A stretch of DNA of 64,000 bases from Spirochaetales bacterium (GCA_003245835.1 QKCC01000072.1:9982-73981); one strand, 5' to 3'; shown: positions 25,728-35,690, counted from the first letter of the stretch. Translations and numbers: made by a program. The notes: generated from the sequence alone by a model not told the origin.

Positions 25728-28421
25728 ATGTCCGTAGATTGCGTAAAAACAATTACAGAGATACTGAATGAGGAAAAATGGACCAGGGCCACCCTCAATA
25801 ATTATTCAATAAATAATTTCAAAGAACTCGATTCTCTAATCAAACTGGCATACGAGGATGAAGTTCAGCTTGAGGTCAAGGACCTCTGCGATGAGCATCT
25901 TACACATACAAAAAACAGTATAGTTGCACTGTATATCTCGGGAATGCTTGGACTGAGAAGGCAATTAATCGACGATACAAACCTCGTTCTGCTGATTACC
26001 ATTTTTGCGGATAATCATAAATGGAATATTGTTGAATTCCTGTGCAAGAGCATCCTTGAATTCGGTGAAAACAAATACGCGCTGAGGACCCTTGCCGACT
26101 GTTATACTAACGAGAACGAGGAAGAAAAGAAGTTCGAGGTATGGGAACGCCTTATCAAGGTTGATTATGAAGAAGCCGAGATTGTAAAAATTCTTGCCGA
26201 AAAGCGCGAGGCAGCCGGTGAAATTGAAGAAGCCGTAGAACTCTATAAAAAGGCGATTCACCGGTTTATAAACAAGAAACTGTTCAGCAGCGTCAAGGAA
26301 ATCTGGGCGAAACTGATTGAATATTCACCTGAGGAAGTTGATTTTTTCAACCATGTAGACAGAAAGGTCAGCACTATCATCAGCGATGAAAGAGCTTCCC
26401 AGCTGCTTGAAGACCTATATTCATATTACAAGAAAGAAGCGAACTGGACACGCTGTATTGATATTCTCAAAGAAATCCTTATGTATGATTCCAAAAACGC
26501 ATGGGCGCGAAAGGAAATCACCGAAGCATACAGGGCCAAATTCAGTTTTCACAGCCAGCTCGAAGAGTATATACGGCTTTCCAACCTCAATCAGAGCTGG
26601 AGAAACGTTCATGATGCAATTGCGGATTTTGAAAAGCATATATCATTTGACGTCGGCAGCTTTGTAAGTCATAAATCCTGGGGAATCGGCAAGATCCGGA
26701 AGATAAGCGGCGATGAAATAATCATCGATTTTGTAAAAAAACGCGAACACAAGATGTCGCTGAAGATGGCTGTCAACGCACTTACGAGCCTTGCAAGCGA
26801 CCACATTTCGGTTCTGAAGGTACGAAAGAAAAAGGATGTACTCAAGAACAAGCTTAAAAGCGATGTGCCCTGGGCGCTGAAGATTGTTATCCGTTCGTTT
26901 GATAACGCCGCCAATATGAAACAGATTAAGGCGGCCGTTGTTCCCGGCATCCTTACTCCCGGCGAATGGTCAGGCTGGAGTACACAGGCAAGGAATATTC
27001 TGAAAGAAGACCCTGTTTTCGGTAATCATCCTGATAAAATCGATGTTTTTATGGTCAGGGACAAGCCCATTTCGAAAGAAGAGAAGATATATAACAAATT
27101 CAAGGCCGAGAAGAATTTCTTCAACAAGATCAAGGCCATTGATGATTTCGTAAAAACCTGTGATGCCGAGTCTGATTTTTTCAATGAGATGTTCACCTAC
27201 TTCGCTAACCTCATGAAATCGTACACAGTTGCAAATGAACAGGTTGTTGCAAGTTTCTTTGTTGTACGGAAATTGGTCGATCAGTTCCCGTTCCTGAATT
27301 CTTCTGATTTCAATCTTGATTTTCTTGATATGATCCGGAATATAGAGGATCTTGAAGCTGTCTATGTAGGCCTTGATAATTCCGACATTAGACGACAGTT
27401 CCTCATTGCACTGAAGCAGCTTGAAGATTGGCCCGAAATCTATGTACGGCTCTTTCCGAAAGCAATGACTACAGCAATAATAGATGAGCTTGCAGGTTCA
27501 GGCTACAAAGACAAGATTGAAGAGCTGTTTATTTCGGTTGCGGACAGGTACCGTGAATACCGTGAAACATTCATCTGGATTGTCAAAAACTACATTACCG
27601 AAAAATGGTGCAACAAGCATAATGTAAGTTATGAGAAAATTCTTATTAATATGATACATCTGCTTGATATCACCTTCCGAGAGATATCGGACAAGCGTGA
27701 CGTAAGCGATAACAGAAGGCTGAACAAGCAGATACATACCTACCTTATCAAAGACAGGAACATAGAAGAGTATATAAATGAATGCGATCAGGATTCGGTT
27801 AACAGAATTTATACACTTATCTCCGATGTCAAGGATCTTGATGTCAAGTTCAAGCAGGTTCTGAAAAAGCTGATCAAGTCAAGGTTCGCTGACTTCAAGT
27901 TCTACGATGAAGAAACTTCCAAAAATGAGGCAAAGGCTTCCGTAAGAGGTCTTCTTGTTTCGAGCGTTGCTCTTACAGCGAAGCAGAAAGAACTTAAGCA
28001 TATTATCGAGGTCGAAATTCCGCTGAACTCGAAAGAGATAGGCGCGGCAATAGAGCTTGGAGACCTTAGTGAAAATGCTGAGTACAAGGCCGGAAAAGAA
28101 AGGCAGGAACTTCTGCAGATATCGGTCGGCAGACTTCAGGAAGAGATTGATAAGGCACAGGTTGTTGACCGCAGCACCCTGAAAAGCGACAAGATTACCT
28201 TCGGTATCAGGGCCACGCTTAAAAACAATATAAGCGGAAAAACAGAGACCTTTACAATTATGGGTCCGTGGGAATCAGACCCGGCGAAAAATATTATTTC
28301 ATACCAGTCGCCTTTTGCCGGTGAACTTCTTGGGCATATACCGGGTGAAACTCTGAAGTTTACAATCAATGAAAGACAGTATGATTACAGCATCGAGGAG
28401 CTTGCTGTCGCTGAATTTTAA
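25728..28421 (+). CDS. greA: Long-form transcript cleavage factor GreA (about 740-aa N-terminal extension plus canonical GreA)
   Basis: The C-terminal ~155 aa is a canonical GreA, with the coiled-coil tip GDLSENAEYKAGKE and a globular FKBP-like domain. The large N-terminal extension is typical of spirochete GreA proteins. Confidence 0.85.
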   Translation: MSVDCVKTITEILNEEKWTRATLNNYSINNFKELDSLIKLAYEDEVQLEVKDLCDEHLTHTKNSIVALYISGMLGLRRQLIDDTNLVLLITIFADNHKWNIVEFLCKSILEFGENKYALRTLADCYTNENEEEKKFEVWERLIKVDYEEAEIVKILAEKREAAGEIEEAVELYKKAIHRFINKKLFSSVKEIWAKLIEYSPEEVDFFNHVDRKVSTIISDERASQLLEDLYSYYKKEANWTRCIDILKEILMYDSKNAWARKEITEAYRAKFSFHSQLEEYIRLSNLNQSWRNVHDAIADFEKHISFDVGSFVSHKSWGIGKIRKISGDEIIIDFVKKREHKMSLKMAVNALTSLASDHISVLKVRKKKDVLKNKLKSDVPWALKIVIRSFDNAANMKQIKAAVVPGILTPGEWSGWSTQARNILKEDPVFGNHPDKIDVFMVRDKPISKEEKIYNKFKAEKNFFNKIKAIDDFVKTCDAESDFFNEMFTYFANLMKSYTVANEQVVASFFVVRKLVDQFPFLNSSDFNLDFLDMIRNIEDLEAVYVGLDNSDIRRQFLIALKQLEDWPEIYVRLFPKAMTTAIIDELAGSGYKDKIEELFISVADRYREYRETFIWIVKNYITEKWCNKHNVSYEKILINMIHLLDITFREISDKRDVSDNRRLNKQIHTYLIKDRNIEEYINECDQDSVNRIYTLISDVKDLDVKFKQVLKKLIKSRFADFKFYDEETSKNEAKASVRGLLVSSVALTAKQKELKHIIEVEIPLNSKEIGAAIELGDLSENAEYKAGKERQELLQISVGRLQEEIDKAQVVDRSTLKSDKITFGIRATLKNNISGKTETFTIMGPWESDPAKNIISYQSPFAGELLGHIPGETLKFTINERQYDYSIEELAVAEF

Positions 28422-28443
28422 TGCTTGTCATGGCGGGGTTAAA

Positions 28444-30498
28444 ATGAAAAAAAGTTTATTGATATTACTTTTGATGATTATTGCGCTGTCAGGTTCCGTT
28501 TACGGGGCCGACAGGGTCGATATGATTGTCCTTCTTGATAATTCCGTCAGTGTTCTGCCCTACTACGACCAGATTCAGGAATCTTTGCTGAAGCGGGTTA
28601 TTTCAGAACATCTCGTTCCGGGTGATACATTCAGCCTTATTACATTTGCTGATTACCCGGAGGTAGAGATTTCAAGAGAAATTAAAAACAAGGCGGATAT
28701 TGCCGAGATTCTATCCTATTCTTCAATTCTTCAGCCGATGGGTAACTATACGGACCTTGTTCTTGCATTGCGGTTCCTGTACAAATACACCCTCGATCTG
28801 CCGTTAAGCAATAAAAAGAAGATAATAATACTGACAGACGGAATTCATGACCCCCCGCCCGGAAGCGCCTATTTTTCATCCGACAAGACCTACATTCAGC
28901 GTGAACTGCAGAAAGCCGGGGATGATATACACCGTGAAGGCTGGGATGTCTCGATCGTAGAACTCGATACAGGCAGCAGCTCTACCGGCGCAGCAGCCGG
29001 AAGCAGCACAGGCAGCATTACCGGAAATTCGTCGACTGCTTACAATAGATCCTCATCAGACGGAACGACAGTAGCCGGAACTAATACCTCCGGTACCAGC
29101 ACGGCCGGTACGGCGCTTTCAGGGACCACGGGTTCAGGAACAGCCGGAACCAAGGGTTCAGCGCCTTCATCAGCAGGCAGTTCGGGCGCGGCAGCATCAT
29201 CAGCAAGCACCGGCTCAGCCTCCTCCGGGGAAGCAGGAATAGCTGCGTCCGGTGGTTCCGCAGCGGCATCCGGAGGCAGTGAAAATGTTTCGGGCGGGTC
29301 GGATAAAGCCGTGAACAATAACGCTGCCGGAACCTACGATTCCGGTTCTGCAGACAGCAATACAGGCAATGCCGGTTCGGGCACTGAGCCAGGCGGCACA
29401 CAGGCTGAAAACGGCTTTATGGACACAGTTGCCGAATCAATCGGCAGCAAGCCGAATGTTTTCAGCAGCGATGAAAAAGATATGGCCGGAATTGCGCTCG
29501 GTATTCCTGAGGTAAGGGTGCCAGAGCATATAGGCGTTACTGACGGCACAATTAAACTTCCGCTGGAAATATCGAACCGTTCAAATGAACCCATTCTTTT
29601 CAGCCTTTCTGCGGTAATCTCGGGTGATTCCGATTTACTCAAAGAAAAGAAAGCTCTAAAGCTCGAACCAAAGGCGTCGGGAAAGCTCAATATAGAGCTT
29701 GTTCTGCCGGAAGGGCTGTCTTACGGTGAACACAGCATAGACATCAGTCTGAAGCTTGTCGGCGGAATCAATACAAGCCCGCGTGTGATTAAACTTAATT
29801 TTGACTACAGGCAGAAAGGCAGTTTGGGCCGCAGTCTTGATTTTCTGACCGGCTGGTGGGTTATCGCTGTTATTGCAGCTGTTTTAATAGCCGTTCTCAT
29901 CATCATCCTGATTAAACGGGCGCCTGTTACTGCCCGTTCGTTGTCGGAAGTCCATGAATATCAGCGGAATGAAGCCGTTGCGGCTGCAGTTACCAAAGAG
30001 GTAAACGAGGAACAGAATGAGGCCTCAGTCAGAAACGGCAAGACCCGTGCCCCTGAAGAGTACCTGATTGCTGCTATGGCGACAGAAATAGAGGACTCCT
30101 CAGCCTTCGAAAAAAAGAACCGACCGATACAGATGCATGTTTATGGTCAGAATTCGAAACTCGGAATTTCTAATGTGAAATGGCTTGGTCTCAACCGCAA
30201 GCGTTCCGTCGGAAGCAGCGGAACGGCTGTTTTCCGAATATTCTTTCTTAAAGTCCCCGGCGTTATTGCCTATATCGAGTGCGCCGGTGATGATTTTATT
30301 TTCACTCCAGTAGAAACTGAATATTTTCCGGACCTTGAGGGACCGCTTCACGAATGTCTTTACAGAAGAATCCGCATAATAAACAGAGACGGACATGTGT
30401 TTCATATTGAATTCAGACAGTGGGTCTCCGAACTCGAAAAGGTTAACAAGCTATTATCGATGACGAAGTACAGCGGAACTCCCGAGCGCGGTTATTAA
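28444..30498 (+). CDS. vWA-domain membrane protein (signal peptide - vWA - S/T/G/A-rich linker - Ig-like - TM - cytoplasmic FHA-like tail)
   Basis: I chose the start at 28444 (MKKSLLILLLMIIALSGSVYG signal peptide). The listed start at 28369 overlaps greA. vWA MIDAS elements are present: LLDNSVS, NYTD and LTDG. The TM helix is WWVIAVIAAVLIAVLIIILI. Confidence 0.75.
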   Translation: MKKSLLILLLMIIALSGSVYGADRVDMIVLLDNSVSVLPYYDQIQESLLKRVISEHLVPGDTFSLITFADYPEVEISREIKNKADIAEILSYSSILQPMGNYTDLVLALRFLYKYTLDLPLSNKKKIIILTDGIHDPPPGSAYFSSDKTYIQRELQKAGDDIHREGWDVSIVELDTGSSSTGAAAGSSTGSITGNSSTAYNRSSSDGTTVAGTNTSGTSTAGTALSGTTGSGTAGTKGSAPSSAGSSGAAASSASTGSASSGEAGIAASGGSAAASGGSENVSGGSDKAVNNNAAGTYDSGSADSNTGNAGSGTEPGGTQAENGFMDTVAESIGSKPNVFSSDEKDMAGIALGIPEVRVPEHIGVTDGTIKLPLEISNRSNEPILFSLSAVISGDSDLLKEKKALKLEPKASGKLNIELVLPEGLSYGEHSIDISLKLVGGINTSPRVIKLNFDYRQKGSLGRSLDFLTGWWVIAVIAAVLIAVLIIILIKRAPVTARSLSEVHEYQRNEAVAAAVTKEVNEEQNEASVRNGKTRAPEEYLIAAMATEIEDSSAFEKKNRPIQMHVYGQNSKLGISNVKWLGLNRKRSVGSSGTAVFRIFFLKVPGVIAYIECAGDDFIFTPVETEYFPDLEGPLHECLYRRIRIINRDGHVFHIEFRQWVSELEKVNKLLSMTKYSGTPERGY

Positions 30499-30535
30499 AA
30501 AGCGATTTTAACAGGTCTGGATAAATCCAAAACAT

Positions 30536-31882
30536 TTACATCTCTTCGATCGCACTCAGGGCTTCTCTTCTGACCGAATTATTTACGCCCTCTTCTGTCA
30601 TGGTTTTGAGTTTATCTTTAAAAGTCGTAAAATTATTCAGGGCAATTCCCCTTATACCGTATATCTTGACCGCCACATCGTTATAGCCGAGCATACGTTC
30701 AAAAACCGGTTCAAGTTTCGGGCTTTTGGCCTTGCTGAGGAATTTACATGTGTAACCGAGTATATCGGATTTGTCTTTACTCCATTCCGCAGCCAATACG
30801 CCTATAATAGTCTCAACAGACCCTTCAATGTCTTTTTCAATTATAATTTCCGCAGCTTTAGTCCGTATTGAAGCTTTTGTTGTGCTTTTGCTGTAAAGTT
30901 CTCTGAGAAAATCAAGAGAACTGCTGTCGGCAATCTCACCGAGTGCTTCAATTGCGGCCATTCTGACATTGTTTTCAGGGTCTTTTTCAGCCTTGTACTT
31001 GAGAATATCCACAGCCTTTAAACTTTTGCGTATTCCAAGCGCTTCGGCGGCACTTACACGTACCCGCCAGAAAGAATCGCGCAGCGACTGAATAAGGGTT
31101 TCCTCAACATCGGGTCCTTCAAATTCGGCAAGGGCTTTTACTGCGTAGGATCTGAGGTAGGTATCCTTATCCTGAAGTGCGGCTTCAATTGCAGGAAGCG
31201 CCTCCGGATCGGCAATTTTTCCGAGCGCTTCGCAGGCATTCCATCGCCAGGATTTTTCTTCATCTACGTCATCGAGTATATCAATCAGCAGGTCAAGAGA
31301 TGCCGTAGAACCGATATCACCGAGCGCTTTGATTATCGTAGGTTTAAGTTCATCGGGGTAATCGTCGTCATCAATCAGATCGAGCAGATGATCAACTGAT
31401 TTTTCGGAACCGCATTTTCCGAGGGCCGTTAGTGCTGAGGAGGCCAGAGTCATATTATCATTATCGGTAAGCGGCAGAATCAGCTCTTCGGTGGTATCAT
31501 CAGGGTAAGCGGAGATGTACCGAAGTGCGGAAGAAAGAGAATCAAAGCTTTCATCCTCCCAGTTTTGAATAATAACTGCGGCTGTATCAGTCGCGCCGGA
31601 ATATTCCATTTTAACAAAATAATCAACGGCTGCCTTCATAATATCCGGATTGCTTGTTTCACCGTAAATTTCTGCAACGGTATCAGCAAGGGTTTTGTCT
31701 TCTTCATCTGTCATTTTGCCGAGAAGTGTTATAATTTCAGAATCAATACCGTATTTAAGAGTTTCAAGGCGTTCTTCTTTTATTGTCTGCAGTTCTTCGG
31801 TTTTATCCTTTTCCTCTGCCGCGGCTGAAGAAAGCATGATCAGCAGAAAAAAAAGGAAAAATATGATATGCCGGACTTTCAT
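30536..31882 (-). CDS. Secreted HEAT-repeat (PBS-lyase-type) protein, function unknown
   Basis: It has a signal peptide (FFLFFLLIMLSSAAAEE) and repeated ..A..ALG.I.d..a...L units (ACEALGKIADPEALPAIEAAL, VSAAEALGI, MAAIEALGEIADSSSLDFL). Its start shares one base with the murJ stop. Confidence 0.7.
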   Translation of the reverse strand: MKVRHIIFFLFFLLIMLSSAAAEEKDKTEELQTIKEERLETLKYGIDSEIITLLGKMTDEEDKTLADTVAEIYGETSNPDIMKAAVDYFVKMEYSGATDTAAVIIQNWEDESFDSLSSALRYISAYPDDTTEELILPLTDNDNMTLASSALTALGKCGSEKSVDHLLDLIDDDDYPDELKPTIIKALGDIGSTASLDLLIDILDDVDEEKSWRWNACEALGKIADPEALPAIEAALQDKDTYLRSYAVKALAEFEGPDVEETLIQSLRDSFWRVRVSAAEALGIRKSLKAVDILKYKAEKDPENNVRMAAIEALGEIADSSSLDFLRELYSKSTTKASIRTKAAEIIIEKDIEGSVETIIGVLAAEWSKDKSDILGYTCKFLSKAKSPKLEPVFERMLGYNDVAVKIYGIRGIALNNFTTFKDKLKTMTEEGVNNSVRREALSAIEEM

Positions 31883-33435
31883 CAGCGCTTCCTCCTTCTT
31901 CTCAGTATATCATCAAGCATCTCGATTTTAAGTATTCTGTACATAAGAAGTATAACAGCGCAGCTTCCTGCAAAACCTCCTGCAAGAAGAACCAGGTTTC
32001 TGAAGCTGCTTCCGTCAAGCCACCAGCTGCCTGTAAATTTTTCCAGAATCAGCATGAATATAATTAGAGGACCCATCGCTGCGGCTAATTTTATGAAAGT
32101 AACAAGAATTTTCTTCCCGTGGAACCGTCCGGCTCTTTTTCGTACGATTATCAGAAGCACAATAAGTCCGACAGAAAATGCAGCCGAGTTGGCTAATGCA
32201 AGCCCTGTTACACCGAGTACTGTTTCTTTAAGCCAGACTGATAATACCACATCTGTAACCGCCACAATTCCTGTGACAATGAAAGGTATACGGTAATTGT
32301 TATCCGAATAGAAATAGCGCTGCAGAAAATTATAGGCACCGGTACTGAAAAGACCGAGACTGTATGCTGTTAGAACATTTGACGTCATACTTGTATTTTC
32401 GGCAGTAAACATTCCGCGCTGAATTGTGACGCTTATCAATTCATGGCCGAACATACTCAGAAAGATCGCAGACGGTACAAGCAGTACCGCAAGGTATCTT
32501 ATTCCGTATTGAAGAGTGTCCCTTAGTCCATCGATATCTGAAACTCCGATCTGCCTGGCCATTTTCGGAAACAGAACAGTCGAAATAGAAGCCGAAAATA
32601 TACCGTATGGGAATTGCCAGTAGACAATCGCATAAGTAAGGGCGGAAGTACTTCCTTCCGAAAGACCGGAAGCAAACCGGAACGCAACTGTCTGGGTGAC
32701 AGTCAGAATTGAACTGGTTGCAAGTACAGGCAGCCATTGCTTGAGAATTAGTATGAATTTTTCATTTCTGAAATTGAAATCGGGTTTAAGATCAAAGCCG
32801 TATCTTCGGAAGATCCGCAGCTGAAAGAGTATCTGGGCGGCTCCTCCCGTAATTACTCCTGCAGCCATGGAATAAGCTCCAAGAAAGCGGTGAAGTATCA
32901 GAATGGAGCTGATTACGCAAACTGAAAACAGAATGGGTGTGACTGCCGGAAAAAGAAAATGACCGGAAGAGTTGAGCGCGCCCATTATTACGGCGCTGAT
33001 GCTTATAAACAGAAGATAATTGATAAACCATCTGAACAGCCCTGAGGATAGTTCAATCTCCCATGGTTCATTGAATTCGGCCAGAACAATCCGAATAAGG
33101 GGTTCCGAAAATACGATGCACAGTACTGTGAGCGGAATAATAACAATCAGCTGAAAACCAATCAGGTTGCGGATAATCTTGACCGGTTCGCTGCGGTCGG
33201 AACCGCCTACAATTGATTTTGAGAGTACCGGAATGAATGCGGATGAAAGCGCGCCTTCGGCGGAAAGTTTACGCAGGTTGTTGGGAATCGAAAAAGTCAG
33301 GTTAATGACGTCGGCCACTCCGCCTGCACCGAAAATTGCTGCCAGAACCGCAATTCTGACAAAACCTAGTATCCGCGAGAACAGGGTGCAGATCATGACT
33401 GTAACTGTGGACCTGGTGGTATTTTCGGCTGTCAT
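31882..33435 (-). CDS. murJ: Lipid II flippase MurJ
   Basis: A 517-aa MOP-superfamily polytopic protein. The N-terminus (SRILGFVRIAVLAAIFGAGGVADV...IPNNLRKLSAEGALSSAFIPVLS) is characteristic of MurJ/MviN. Confidence 0.9.
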   Translation of the reverse strand: MTAENTTRSTVTVMICTLFSRILGFVRIAVLAAIFGAGGVADVINLTFSIPNNLRKLSAEGALSSAFIPVLSKSIVGGSDRSEPVKIIRNLIGFQLIVIIPLTVLCIVFSEPLIRIVLAEFNEPWEIELSSGLFRWFINYLLFISISAVIMGALNSSGHFLFPAVTPILFSVCVISSILILHRFLGAYSMAAGVITGGAAQILFQLRIFRRYGFDLKPDFNFRNEKFILILKQWLPVLATSSILTVTQTVAFRFASGLSEGSTSALTYAIVYWQFPYGIFSASISTVLFPKMARQIGVSDIDGLRDTLQYGIRYLAVLLVPSAIFLSMFGHELISVTIQRGMFTAENTSMTSNVLTAYSLGLFSTGAYNFLQRYFYSDNNYRIPFIVTGIVAVTDVVLSVWLKETVLGVTGLALANSAAFSVGLIVLLIIVRKRAGRFHGKKILVTFIKLAAAMGPLIIFMLILEKFTGSWWLDGSSFRNLVLLAGGFAGSCAVILLMYRILKIEMLDDILRRRRKR

Positions 33436-34577
33436 TTCTGCCCCGCCTTGCCGGTTGATGCAGCTGAGTTATACCGGGAAAGAAAATCCTTTTTGTACTG
33501 CACGAAGTTTCCGCTGCGGATGCTGTCGCGAATCTCTTTAAGCATATTATTCAGAAAATGAAGGTTATGTTCAGACGCAAGCATCGGGCCGAGCATCTCG
33601 CCCGCCTTGAAAAGGTGCCGCAGGTACGCCCTCGAATAGTTTGCACAGGCGTGACAGCCGCAGCCTTCCACGATTGGTTCATGTGAAGATGCATGCTTCG
33701 CTTTTTTAAGTGAAATTGTTCCCTCGGGTGTAAACACCGTACTGTTGCGGGCTATCCGGGTCGGCAGAACGCAGTCGAACAGATCTATCCCGTTTTCTAC
33801 GGCATCAAGAATATATTCCGGGGTTCCGATTCCCATCAGGTATCGCGGTTTCTCCGCCGGAAGGAATTCGGCGGTATACGAGAGAAAATCAGTGAACATC
33901 GAGTATTCCTCGCCGACCGACAGTCCCCCGATGGCTGTACCGGGAAGATCGAGTGCCGTTATTTCTTCGGCGCTCCGTTTTCTGAGGTCTTTGTAAAAGT
34001 TGCCCTGAACAATCCCGAACAGAACCCCTTCGTACCCGGGAGTCTCTTTGAGCCATTCAGTCCTGCTGCGTTCAGCCCAGCGTGTAGTAAGTTCAAGCGC
34101 TTCAAGGGCTTTTTTATAGGTAATCTCAGGAGGTGTACAAACATCAAGCTGCATCATAATGTCGCTTCTGAAAGCCTTTTGAAGCTGTACAACCTTTTCA
34201 GGAGTCAGCGTATGATAAGAGCCGTCAATATGTGAACGAAAGTATACACCCTCTTCCTTAATCTTGCGGAAGGGTGCAAGCGAAAACACCTGGAACCCGC
34301 CGCTGTCCGTGAGTATGTTATGTTTCCAGTTGCTGAATTTATGGATTCCGCCGAATTCGTCTATCAGCTCCATTCCGGGTCTTAGATAGAGATGGTATGT
34401 ATTTGCGAGGATCAGTTTGAAGCCTGTACGATCCAGGCTTTCATGGTGAACACCCTTTACCGTAGCATTGGTACCGACCGGCATAAAAACCGGTGTTTCA
34501 AGGCTGCCGTGAGGCAGATCGAGTACGCCGTTTCTGGCTCTGGATTCTGAATCTCTTTCAGTTATTCTGAATTTCAA
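33432..34577 (-). CDS. tgt: tRNA-guanine transglycosylase (queuine tRNA-ribosyltransferase)
   Basis: Signatures include TPVFMPVGT, LTDSGGFQV, GLSVGE and the zinc site CGCHAC...H. Length is 381 aa. Confidence 0.95.
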   Translation of the reverse strand: MKFRITERDSESRARNGVLDLPHGSLETPVFMPVGTNATVKGVHHESLDRTGFKLILANTYHLYLRPGMELIDEFGGIHKFSNWKHNILTDSGGFQVFSLAPFRKIKEEGVYFRSHIDGSYHTLTPEKVVQLQKAFRSDIMMQLDVCTPPEITYKKALEALELTTRWAERSRTEWLKETPGYEGVLFGIVQGNFYKDLRKRSAEEITALDLPGTAIGGLSVGEEYSMFTDFLSYTAEFLPAEKPRYLMGIGTPEYILDAVENGIDLFDCVLPTRIARNSTVFTPEGTISLKKAKHASSHEPIVEGCGCHACANYSRAYLRHLFKAGEMLGPMLASEHNLHFLNNMLKEIRDSIRSGNFVQYKKDFLSRYNSAASTGKAGQK

Positions 34578-34601
34578 AGTAAACTCCTGAAGCTTAACGC
34601 T

Positions 34602-35690
34602 TTACGAATGGGCAGCCCTGTACAATAATGCTCCGACGGCGCAGAAAAACAGAAACGGAATCCATGCCCCGGCTGCAGGTGAAATATAGCCCAGATTGGC
34701 AAGAATGGTAAATACCAACTGCATTACATAATATATAACAGAGACTATAAGACTCGTTAACAGGCTCATTAGAAGAATGTTCTTCCTGAATCTTCCGCCT
34801 ATTGCGGCCGACAGCATACAGACAATAAATGGTGTAAGAGAAAATGAGAATCTTTTATAATAGTTTGTAAGCGCTTCAGCGTAAGGCAGCCCTGCTTTTT
34901 TAAGAGAGTTGATCCATTTTCGCGCATCCAGGATTTTCATCTCATCCACATCACGCACTACCCGTCTGAATGTAAACGGATCGGTGTTGAACACAGGATC
35001 AGTAAATAGATCCTCATAGGTAATCTCATAAAATCCTGTATCCTGGTTGAAAGTATATTTTCTGCAGCGGTGAAATTCCCAGACTGAAGATTCTTCATTC
35101 CATTGGGCCCACTCTGCATTAAGAGTCAGATTCAGGCTGCCGTCGGAATCTTTCAGGATTACAATTATATTTGAAAGCGTTATATCCTTGTCGTTATAAA
35201 AATCGGCACTGTAAATTATTCTGCCGTTCTGATCAATAACAGTCGGATTGTTATTATTCATGCTCTTGGATTGCCTTAAAAGCGTGTTTGTTAATTCGTT
35301 TTTAAGCTTATATGTATTGATAACGACTTTCTCTTCAAAAAAGAAAGTTCCTGCACTGATAAGCAGCCCTGCAGCAAGCAGCGGCAGTACAAACCTGAAC
35401 AGTGAAACTCCTGACCCGAATACTGCGATTAGTTCGTTATTCGAATAGTAGTTCCCGATTGTATACGACACTGCAAAAAGAAGTGCCATCGGCAGTGAAA
35501 ATGTTATGCATTTAGGTACATAATAGACGAAAACCGTCATCATCTGAAGTATACCGACTTCATTATTAATATAGCGCCATAGGTTGGCAAAGAGATCAAC
35601 CATCTCAAGAATCAGGACAAAAAACAAAATCGAAACAAGAAGAGTGGGAATAAACTGTTTTATTATCATCCGGTCGAGGGTCTTAAACAT
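34602..35690 (-). CDS. lptG: LptF/LptG (YjgP/YjgQ) family permease, second of a pair
   Basis: It has six predicted TM segments and a central periplasmic beta-jellyroll-like region. I chose the ATG at 35690 (MFKTLDRMIIKQF), 5 nt after the upstream paralog's stop. The symbol is assigned by gene order only. Confidence 0.75.
   Translation of the reverse strand: MFKTLDRMIIKQFIPTLLVSILFFVLILEMVDLFANLWRYINNEVGILQMMTVFVYYVPKCITFSLPMALLFAVSYTIGNYYSNNELIAVFGSGVSLFRFVLPLLAAGLLISAGTFFFEEKVVINTYKLKNELTNTLLRQSKSMNNNNPTVIDQNGRIIYSADFYNDKDITLSNIIVILKDSDGSLNLTLNAEWAQWNEESSVWEFHRCRKYTFNQDTGFYEITYEDLFTDPVFNTDPFTFRRVVRDVDEMKILDARKWINSLKKAGLPYAEALTNYYKRFSFSLTPFIVCMLSAAIGGRFRKNILLMSLLTSLIVSVIYYVMQLVFTILANLGYISPAAGAWIPFLFFCAVGALLYRAAHS

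Noticed and set aside
28369-28443. The listed upstream start of the vWA ORF, which overlaps the greA 3' end.
   Set aside because: The in-frame ATG at 28444 begins a textbook signal peptide (MKKSLLILLLMIIALSGSVYG) and avoids a 53-nt overlap with greA.
28975-29400. A locally GC-rich low-complexity stretch, considered as a possible foreign insertion or repeat element.
   Set aside because: It is in-frame within the vWA protein and encodes a Ser/Thr/Gly/Ala linker. It has no flanking direct repeats and no mobile-element genes.
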